This document shows positions 57,307-64,000 of a DNA stretch of 64,000 nt, in pieces. Each line of letters starts with the position of its first letter. The first letter of the stretch is position 1. This DNA is from an uncultured Gammaproteobacteria bacterium. GTDB lineage: Bacteria > Patescibacteriota > Microgenomatia > Daviesbacterales > UBA10151. The notes beneath the pieces were generated by a model. It ran no database searches. It was not told the DNA's origin and saw only the letters and a program-made list of their open reading frames with translations. Both the position numbers and the translations under genes were made by a program. The DNA lies in the NCBI GenBank assembly GCA_964392925.1, contig CAYMRP010000005.1, forward strand, positions 26,093 through 90,092, written 5' to 3'.

Positions 57307-57780
57307 ATGGGGAAAATAATTTCCGTATCTAAAATTAAAACTTTTGCCAAATCTTTAAAAAGTGAAGGCAAGACAATTGTTTTAGCTGGCGGTTGCTTCG
57401 ATATCCTTCACATTGGTCACATTACTTTTTTTCAAAAAGCCAAAAAAACTGGAGATATTCTGGTTCTGCTTTTGGAATCCGACCAGGCAATTAAAAATTT
57501 AAAAGGGGATAAGCGTCCGATTAACAAACAAGAAAACAGAGCCGAAATCCTATCAGCAATAGAAACAGTCGATTTAATTATCCCGCTCCCAAAGCCGTAC
57601 AAGAATGAAGACTACCAAAAACTGGTTACTGAAATCGCACCAAACATCATAGCAGTCACCTCCGGCGACCCAAACATCGAAAACAAAAAACTTCAAGCCA
57701 AATTAGTTGATGGGGAAGTCAAAATCGTCTTAAAACAAATCCCCGATCACTCAACAACTAAGCTCCTAGAATATTTCTAA
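57307..57780 (+). CDS. Cytidylyltransferase-like nucleotidyltransferase (HldE/RfaE domain II-like heptose-1-phosphate adenylyltransferase or related sugar-phosphate nucleotidyltransferase)
   Basis: GKTIVLAGGCFDILHIGHITFFQKAKKTGDILVLLLESDQAIKNLKGDKRP contains the (H/T)xGH motif and matches the RfaE domain II layout. Confidence 0.55.
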   Translation: MGKIISVSKIKTFAKSLKSEGKTIVLAGGCFDILHIGHITFFQKAKKTGDILVLLLESDQAIKNLKGDKRPINKQENRAEILSAIETVDLIIPLPKPYKNEDYQKLVTEIAPNIIAVTSGDPNIENKKLQAKLVDGEVKIVLKQIPDHSTTKLLEYF

Positions 57781-57816
57781 GACAGCTAACTGTCACTAGG
57801 TCTTGCAAATAAGTTT

Positions 57817-59211
57817 TTAAAGGAGATCAAGTATCAATGTTGACCATCCAAAATTCTCTCTCCGATATCCCTGCCCTGTTTCCGGATTGTAATATTCTCT
57901 AAATCCCCATTTCTCAATCATCTTCACCATTCTGTCCACAATCAATTTCGCTGTCTTATCCTGTCCATGTTTTCGAAGACCTCTGACAATAAACCAATTA
58001 GTCGCAATCCAGGTCGGTCCTCTCCAAAGCATCTTCAATTCTTTATAAAAAGATAAGTAAATTTTATTAACTATCTTTCCCTGAATTCGATGTTCGTATT
58101 CTGGAAACTCCAGAGGAGAGTAGTTAATGTCATTTCTGGAAACTGTTGGTACAGGATAGCTTGTCCAAAACTCATCCGGATTAAGCAGATGCTTACTCAC
58201 GAGTAGTTCCATTTTATCTTTAGGTAAGTTCCCTAAGAATAGCGGAATCAAAGAAGCCGCAGTTTTAACTTTAGCTTTTTTCTCCTCCTTAGAATAAACA
58301 GAATAAAAAATACTATCCTCCTCATCCCACAATTTTTCTATCAGAGCCTTCTCGGTTTTATCAGCTGCTTTATCAAAAAAATCCGACTCCTTTTTATGTT
58401 CAGCTTTCGCATTAGGACTTGAAGTCCGGTCGCTTGCCAGCGCCTTATATAACCGGGAAATCGCCCGCGCATTCTCTACAAAAACTGTATTAAATAACAC
58501 CTCCTCAACATTAAAATAATCCTTCTTTAAAATCTTCTTACTATCAAAACCATTCATCTGATTTAATATATCTGGTTTTCTAAAAGCATAATGAAGTTGG
58601 ATTAAGTTCCGCCCAGAGAATCCACTGACCACCTGAAACACCGGCAATTCATCCATACCAGATTCATTTGGCGATATTATCGACACCAAATGATCTTTAT
58701 CCGGATCCCTATTTTCGAGAAGCCATTTATAATGCTTAGCCACTTTTGGCACAACATCCTTTAAAAATTCAACATCCTCATCCTTATCATAAATCTCTTC
58801 AATCGCAATTCCCAAAATAGGCGGTTGTGTTAACGCCGATGTGTGAGGGCGAAGTGATGGCTTACTTTCCAAAAAAGCCCAGTGAGGTAGATCGTATGTT
58901 TCTCCTTTCCAAAAAATAATATGCGGAATAAATCCGTCTTCCCATTGAGCCAGCAGATAATTTTGAATTTCTCTCTTCGCCCAATTAGTGTCGAAGTGAG
59001 AAAGCACAATCGCGTGAAACGCTGTATCCCACAGAAACTGATAAACATATTCTTTCTTAGCCGGAGCGATAAATTTATACTTAGTTTTTTTCCAGGAAGA
59101 ATATCCTTCTATTAAATTATTTTCAAAAATAGCTTTCGCTTTTTGAATATATTTTTCTTTCAGGGCAGTATTATTCATAAATAAAAGTCTCATCAGCAAT
59201 GTATCAATCAA
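57817..59211 (-). CDS. (alpha/alpha)6-barrel glycoside hydrolase (GH63/GH37-like glucosidase or trehalase-type)
   Basis: WDTAFHAIVLSHFD...WEDGFIPH and the C-terminal GPTWIATNWFIVRGLRKHG...FREYYNPETGQG are typical of six-hairpin glycosidases. Confidence 0.55.
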   Translation of the reverse strand: MIDTLLMRLLFMNNTALKEKYIQKAKAIFENNLIEGYSSWKKTKYKFIAPAKKEYVYQFLWDTAFHAIVLSHFDTNWAKREIQNYLLAQWEDGFIPHIIFWKGETYDLPHWAFLESKPSLRPHTSALTQPPILGIAIEEIYDKDEDVEFLKDVVPKVAKHYKWLLENRDPDKDHLVSIISPNESGMDELPVFQVVSGFSGRNLIQLHYAFRKPDILNQMNGFDSKKILKKDYFNVEEVLFNTVFVENARAISRLYKALASDRTSSPNAKAEHKKESDFFDKAADKTEKALIEKLWDEEDSIFYSVYSKEEKKAKVKTAASLIPLFLGNLPKDKMELLVSKHLLNPDEFWTSYPVPTVSRNDINYSPLEFPEYEHRIQGKIVNKIYLSFYKELKMLWRGPTWIATNWFIVRGLRKHGQDKTAKLIVDRMVKMIEKWGFREYYNPETGQGYRRENFGWSTLILDLL

Positions 59212-59256
59212 TCGGTCAGGAGTAAAGTAAGAATTAGGATAAAAATGAAATGTGGA

Positions 59257-60240
59257 TTAGCTAAGTAGACCTTGTCTCGCAAGCGAGCTTCTTTTGATTC
59301 GTTCAATTAACACCTCTTGTGCCGCTTTTTTATTTGCGTCGTTACCAGCCCAAATTTTTAATGGAGCTCCAACAATCGCCCTCCCAAAAGATGCACTAAT
59401 TTTTTCTATGCCCTTTTCTTTTGCTAACTGACAAATTTTATTTAAGTATTGCTCAGACAATTCATCACTAATTCCACCTGATAAAAAGTTCATTCCAGCA
59501 ATCTCATTTGGAACATGACTCATTAATACTTCCAATGTTGCTTGGGCCACCTCTTCAACAGTAGGCGAGTCCGCGCAGTCTTCACCAGCAGTAATCATAT
59601 TCGGCTTTAAAATTGCCTCTGAATAGCGAACACCAGCTTTGAGAGTTTCCGCAAAAACCGCATCTAAAACTCGTCCTGTCACTTCAATATCCTTTTTTAA
59701 AGAATGAGAGCCGGTCCTCAAAACTTCAGGTTCAATCATTGGCACGAGTCCTGCATCCTGGCTCATTTTCGCCAAAATCGCTTGAACTTTTGCGTTAGCT
59801 TGGATTAACTGTTCTGACGGTGTGATTTCTGAAATCTTAAAAACACTTCTAAATTTAGTTGCCGCCGCCCCTAAACTTTTCCATTTCAACAATAATTCTT
59901 CTAAATCTTCGGCATATTTTGTTGTCTGCTCACCATTCTCCCCAAAATCTGTCAGACCTCCATCAATCTTTACTACAATAATAACTTTCTGTTTTTTCAA
60001 AGCCTCAACAACCTCCGGCACCTCTAGCATCTCTGGATGGAGAATTATTCCGGCAGCCCCAGCTTCTGCAATTGCCGCATCAGCAATCAACTCTCTCCAC
60101 TCAGACCGCATCTCAAAAGAATCAACTACCCCCACATTCTCTAGCCGGGTTTTCATAGTTGAAGGAGATTCATCAGCCGCCACAATAACTCCGGGGGGAG
60201 AAGATAGTTTTATTGCAATTTCACGCAAGTTATTTTCCAT
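59257..60240 (-). CDS. Fructose-bisphosphate aldolase, class I (eukaryotic-type)
   Basis: VIVAADESPSTMKTRLENVGVVDSFEMRSEWRELIADA parallels the class I FBA N-terminal active-site region (ILAADESTGTIAKRL..ENTEENRR.YRQLL). 327 aa. Confidence 0.7.
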   Translation of the reverse strand: MENNLREIAIKLSSPPGVIVAADESPSTMKTRLENVGVVDSFEMRSEWRELIADAAIAEAGAAGIILHPEMLEVPEVVEALKKQKVIIVVKIDGGLTDFGENGEQTTKYAEDLEELLLKWKSLGAAATKFRSVFKISEITPSEQLIQANAKVQAILAKMSQDAGLVPMIEPEVLRTGSHSLKKDIEVTGRVLDAVFAETLKAGVRYSEAILKPNMITAGEDCADSPTVEEVAQATLEVLMSHVPNEIAGMNFLSGGISDELSEQYLNKICQLAKEKGIEKISASFGRAIVGAPLKIWAGNDANKKAAQEVLIERIKRSSLARQGLLS

Positions 60241-60293
60241 AAAAAGATTATCTTAATTAATATTTGATATTGCTAGACTTCTTCATGACTTTC

Positions 60294-61355
60294 TCAGAGA
60301 ATCTGAAGTCCTTCCCAAGTTACAATAATTGTTTTTACTCGCGAGTTATTATAGCCGTCAACTCCAAACCAAGGATCCTCAGTTATCGGAGTAGCACTTA
60401 TTAAAATTGACTTAGGGTCGGCCGGCACTAAATCCTCAATTTCCATGATCTTTGCCTGCTCGATAATCTCTTTATCCTCAGAATAAATTCTTCCCTGAGC
60501 CTGTCCGCCGGAAGCTTTAGCTCCCGCAGCAGCAATAATACCTTCCTCCCATCCGCCACTGCCCATTACTAAGACTGCTTTGATATTCTTACCAATCTTC
60601 CGGCTCTTAATTTTCTTTAGTACCGAAATATCCAAAGTCGCCAAAAGCCCTGGCATTAAATCTCCGCCAGGTATCAAGTTTAAAGATACCCCCATTTTTT
60701 TAGCAGATTCTATCTCGTAGCTATTTCTTGGTCTATCTAAAATAACCACTGCTAATTCAAGCGGTTCTTCAATATTAAGTTCCTTAAGTGCAATCCGGAT
60801 ATTCTCCTCAGGCGATAACTCCAGTGAAATTTCCCCTTTCAATTGAGGCGGCCCAAATAATTTACTCATATAATCAAAATTACCTGTTGGCACCAAACCA
60901 TTTTTTTGATCAATTACCGCGGCGAGAATCGAAGTCGCACCTGGAATATTCCTTGAAGCAAAAGCTGTCCCTTCAACAGCATCATTCACAATTTCAACTT
61001 GAATCCCATTCTTTGGTCCGTATGAGCCATATAAATCAGGACTGGCAATTCCATCTCGTCTAGTATCTTTACGCCCCTCACTTCCTTTTATCTCAATATA
61101 AAAATCAGATTGAGTCTCGAAAACCTCTTGCATTGCCTCAACCGCCGCACCATCAATTAGTCTTCCGAAAGCCTTAAAGTCACGGGGTTCTGCATCAGAA
61201 TCGTGAAGATCAAGTATCTTCTTATACGAAGCGATAGCGGCCTTCTGTGTCGCCTCGATGAAAATCTTCCTAAATTTTTTACTTACGCTTTCTTGCATAA
61301 AATAATTATAACTTCCTCTCCTTGACTTAATACTGACAGATCTTATTCGCAGCAC
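60294..61355 (-). CDS. GlpX-like class II fructose-1,6-bisphosphatase (tentative); the real start is probably the internal ATG at 61298 (MQESVSKKF)
   Basis: EIVNDAVEGTAFASRNIPGATSILAAV resembles the GlpX metal-site block (D..DPIDGT...AI.VLA). Adjacent to the FBA gene. Confidence 0.5.
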   Translation of the reverse strand: MLRIRSVSIKSRRGSYNYFMQESVSKKFRKIFIEATQKAAIASYKKILDLHDSDAEPRDFKAFGRLIDGAAVEAMQEVFETQSDFYIEIKGSEGRKDTRRDGIASPDLYGSYGPKNGIQVEIVNDAVEGTAFASRNIPGATSILAAVIDQKNGLVPTGNFDYMSKLFGPPQLKGEISLELSPEENIRIALKELNIEEPLELAVVILDRPRNSYEIESAKKMGVSLNLIPGGDLMPGLLATLDISVLKKIKSRKIGKNIKAVLVMGSGGWEEGIIAAAGAKASGGQAQGRIYSEDKEIIEQAKIMEIEDLVPADPKSILISATPITEDPWFGVDGYNNSRVKTIIVTWEGLQIL

Positions 61356-61495
61356 GGATCTTTAAAACCGCAGTTCCTGCAAACTGCATCTACGCTTCCT
61401 GCTAGTACTCCGATAACAAAACCGCATTTAGGACAAGGCTGAGTATTCTCGTTTTGATAAGTCTTTCCCGGACCCTTGCTTGCAGTTGCCTTCAT
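61343..61495 (-). CDS. Unannotated small zinc-ribbon ORF (50 aa; CPKCG...CRNCG)
   Basis: MKATASKGPGKTYQNENTQPCPKCGFVIGVLAGSVDAVCRNCGFKDPCCE on the minus strand, co-oriented with the glpX-like and FBA genes. Below the ORF-track size cutoff. Confidence 0.3.
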   Translation of the reverse strand: MKATASKGPGKTYQNENTQPCPKCGFVIGVLAGSVDAVCRNCGFKDPCCE

Positions 61496-61515
61496 ATTTG
61501 AATAATATATCACTC

Positions 61516-62406
61516 ATGGCAAGGAATCCTCATTTTTATAAAGCTAAGTCACGGGTTGGTCTAACAAATCCGCCTATTAGACATAGCGACCTAAACACTG
61601 GAGTCGAGGATGCACCCCATCAAATTCTTAACGGCTTCCTCCACAATTTCGCAGCAGCAAAGGTTGACGAATATACTTTTTCAGCTCCGGAAAAAATCTC
61701 TGATAATTATTGGCAAACTGTTGCCAAAGAACTTCAGGCTTTAAAGAATCTAATAAACGACAATTATATTTACGGAGAAACGCAGGTTGTTTTAGGCGGC
61801 GACAACACAGTGACTTTATCTTCACTGCAAGCAGTTATCGAAAGAATAGGGGAGCCATCAAAAATAGGATATATTCAATTTGATTCACATGGGGAAATGC
61901 ATCAGCTCAAAACCTCGCTTTCCAAAAACTTCCACGGTATGTATATGCGCCCTTTCTTTGATGATTTCGATGTTTCAGAGATAGACTTACTCGTCCCTAA
62001 AAAACTCAACCCGTCCCAAGCCTTAACTATTGGAGATATAGTTTTTGACGGCGACAATAGTGAGGAAGAAAGTTTTTATAAGGATAACCAAATCAGAAAT
62101 ATTAATAAGTCATTGTTTGATTCAAACCCGGAGAATTCTCTGGTGGAAATAAAAACTTTTGTCCAAAATTTTAAACATATTCATATTAACTTTGATATAG
62201 ACGTTTTTCACCGTTCTGAGTCAGAAGCGACTGGTCTACCTGAAGATGGAAAATGGTTAAAGCCGCAAATCTTTCAAATTTTAGAAATCCTTAAGCATTC
62301 AAAAAGTTTTTCAATCGATTTGGTTGAGATAAATCCGCAAAAACCCGGCGGCCAAAAAACTGTCAAACTTGCGCAGGAAATCCTGCTGTTTTTACTAAAA
62401 GATTAA
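61516..62406 (+). CDS. Ureohydrolase (arginase/agmatinase/formiminoglutamase) family protein with variant metal-binding motifs
   Basis: GGDNTVT (cf. GGDHS), FDSHGEM (cf. DAHxD), INFDIDVFHRSESEATGLPEDGKW (cf. S.DIDxxDP...G). Start taken at ATG 61516, because the track start 61480 is a TTG. Confidence 0.5.
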   Translation: MARNPHFYKAKSRVGLTNPPIRHSDLNTGVEDAPHQILNGFLHNFAAAKVDEYTFSAPEKISDNYWQTVAKELQALKNLINDNYIYGETQVVLGGDNTVTLSSLQAVIERIGEPSKIGYIQFDSHGEMHQLKTSLSKNFHGMYMRPFFDDFDVSEIDLLVPKKLNPSQALTIGDIVFDGDNSEEESFYKDNQIRNINKSLFDSNPENSLVEIKTFVQNFKHIHINFDIDVFHRSESEATGLPEDGKWLKPQIFQILEILKHSKSFSIDLVEINPQKPGGQKTVKLAQEILLFLLKD

Positions 62407-63152
62407 TAATCCTTATATCCTATGTAATAATCACAGAGAATATTATTCCGCAAAACGCCTAAATTGGCCAACAAATCCTCGAAATAATAAACCATAGTCT
62501 CAGGACCCGAAACATAAAAAACCGTTGAATCAATATCCTTAACTACTGATTGCACAGCTTTCTTATCAATTCTTCCGGGCCGGATATTTATATTCGAAGC
62601 AATTTCTAAAGCCTCTGTTGCACCAGAAATAAAATAACTTATCTTAAATTCCGGGTGTTTGCTCGATATCGTATCCAACTCATCATCAAAAATAATTTCC
62701 TGATTTTTATTAGCATAGAGAAGGGAAATATTCATTGGCTGATTGCTATGATCCATATCCTTAATTATCGACCTAAAAGGTGTAATCCCAATTCCTCCAG
62801 CTATAAATATATAATTTGATATTCCCTTGCGGACAGAGAAATCTCCTCGCGGTCCATTTACCTCAATATCTTCTCCAGGCGAAAGTTTAAAAAGTTTCTT
62901 TTTGAAGCTGCTGCCATCATCATAAATTCTGGTAGTCAGTTGAATAGTATTCTCAAAAGGAGCCGAAGCTATCGAAAAAAATCTATTCTGTCCGCGCAAA
63001 TCTGCCTCATTATCCTCAATCTTATAATGCAGATATTGTCCTGGAGTCCAACTAAAGCCTTCTGGAACTTCAAAATAGAAGCTAACAGTATTTTTATTTA
63101 TTACTTTTTTTTCTTTAAGTCGAATCCTCATATAGGAAAAATAGTTTACCAA
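62403..63152 (-). CDS. FNR-like FAD/NAD(P)-binding oxidoreductase (ferredoxin-NADP reductase fold)
   Basis: RFFSIASAP (RxYS FAD motif), GPRGDF, FIAGGIGITPF (NAD(P) motif). Confidence 0.8.
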   Translation of the reverse strand: MVNYFSYMRIRLKEKKVINKNTVSFYFEVPEGFSWTPGQYLHYKIEDNEADLRGQNRFFSIASAPFENTIQLTTRIYDDGSSFKKKLFKLSPGEDIEVNGPRGDFSVRKGISNYIFIAGGIGITPFRSIIKDMDHSNQPMNISLLYANKNQEIIFDDELDTISSKHPEFKISYFISGATEALEIASNINIRPGRIDKKAVQSVVKDIDSTVFYVSGPETMVYYFEDLLANLGVLRNNILCDYYIGYKDY

Positions 63153-63241
63153 AACCTGATAACCTCAGCTAGCTTCAGACTCTTGCAAACCGAAGCTGAG
63201 CTCACTATACTATGGCCAACTGCTTAGAAAGGTAAATACCC

Positions 63242-63532
63242 ATGAGTCGAAATATCACTATTGTCGTCATTATTCTAATAATAATTTTGCTAGGAACTTA
63301 TTTAGTTTGGCTCAGAGATAAAGTTACCTCAAACCCAGCACCAACTCCGTCACCCGAGGTCATTGTTGTACCATCAGTAGATCCAACTCCTTCGCTCGCT
63401 CCAAGTCCTTCGGCATCTGCATCAGCTAGCCCCGCCACTGCCACAAAATCAGGTACAGTAAAATCGCCTTCCCCAAAAACAACCCCCAAAGCCTCAGTTA
63501 AAGCATCTGCTTCCCCAAGCGCATCCGAGTAG
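63242..63532 (+). CDS. Small membrane-anchored Pro/Ser/Ala-rich protein
   Basis: N-terminal TM, then PTPSPEVIVVPSVDPTPSLAPSPSASASASP low-complexity. Confidence 0.35.
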   Translation: MSRNITIVVIILIIILLGTYLVWLRDKVTSNPAPTPSPEVIVVPSVDPTPSLAPSPSASASASPATATKSGTVKSPSPKTTPKASVKASASPSASE

Positions 63533-63583
63533 GAAATTGGTAACTACTTGAGAATAAAACTAAAATCCTGTAAGTTGTAGTCA

Positions 63584-64000
63584 ATGGACACCTCAAAAAC
63601 TGAAAAGTTAATCATTATTGGTTCAGGCCCGGCCGGTTTAACAGCTGCTATTTATGCCGCTCGCGGTGGGCTAGAGCCTGTGGTCATAGCCGGACGTGCA
63701 GCTGGAGGTCAACTAATGTTAACTACCGATGTTGATGACTATCCTGGCTTTGAGGATGGTATTCAAGGCCCCGAACTAATGATGAAAATGCGCAAACAAG
63801 CTGAGCGTTTTAACGTCCGGTTTGTCGAAGAAGACGTTGAGTCAGTCGAATTCTCTCAAAAACCATTTACTATCAAAACCGAAACCAAACAACTGAAGAC
63901 AGAAACCGTTATTATCGCCACCGGCGCTCAGGCTTCCTGGCTCGGTTTGGAATCTGAAACCAGACTTCGCGGTCGTGGTGTTTCAGCCTGTGCAGTCTGC
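63584..64000 (+). CDS. trxB: Thioredoxin reductase, N-terminal part (runs off the window end)
   Basis: KLIIIGSGPAGLTAAIYAARGG FAD-binding motif; the window ends in GVSACAVC (redox-active CxxC of TrxR). Confidence 0.85.
   Translation, partial: MDTSKTEKLIIIGSGPAGLTAAIYAARGGLEPVVIAGRAAGGQLMLTTDVDDYPGFEDGIQGPELMMKMRKQAERFNVRFVEEDVESVEFSQKPFTIKTETKQLKTETVIIATGAQASWLGLESETRLRGRGVSACAVC

Overview
This 64 kb window looks like a gene-dense, AT-rich, streamlined bacterial chromosome segment, most consistent with a Candidate Phyla Radiation (Patescibacteria-like) organism. Genes are compact, many proteins are N-terminally membrane-anchored or secreted, and several housekeeping proteins are shortened (IF-2, AlaRS, HrcA) or carry low-complexity tails (NusA acidic, PNPase RGG, DnaJ G/F). 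The core is syntenic housekeeping: two UvrD-family helicases (one fused to a Cas4/AddB-type Fe-S nuclease), Xaa-Pro aminopeptidase, trxA, an ATL (alkyltransferase-like) protein, tpiA, an LCP protein, rpsT, murJ, lepA, the hrcA-grpE-dnaK-dnaJ operon with a CIRCE-like operator, nusA-infB, rpsO, pnp, RNase J, ftsK, a short alaS, msrA, class I FBA plus GlpX-like FBPase, an FNR-like reductase and the start of trxB. I found no CRISPR array, tRNA or rRNA gene, transposase or integrase. The less ordinary content is: (1) a large secreted protein with five tandem 6-Cys modules, next to a second Cys-rich surface protein with an LPxxG-like C-terminal anchor; (2) a pilN-pilO-like type IV pilus assembly cluster co-oriented with an FN3/dockerin-repeat secreted protein; (3) a Lon-like AAA+ ATPase that lacks both the N-terminal substrate domain and the protease domain; (4) a bitopic protein with an actin-like PilM/GspL-type cytoplasmic domain and a large extracytoplasmic domain; (5) a UvrD helicase-Cas4/AddB-like nuclease single-chain fusion; and (6) an MGMT-fold protein whose active-site Cys is replaced (PWQRV), i.e. 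an ATL protein. Several small Cys4 zinc-ribbon ORFs below the 60-aa ORF cutoff and a few candidate regulatory elements (CIRCE, leader terminators, an HxlR operator palindrome, direct repeats) are also noted. All functional calls rest on motif-level recognition by eye and should be confirmed by HMM or BLAST searches.
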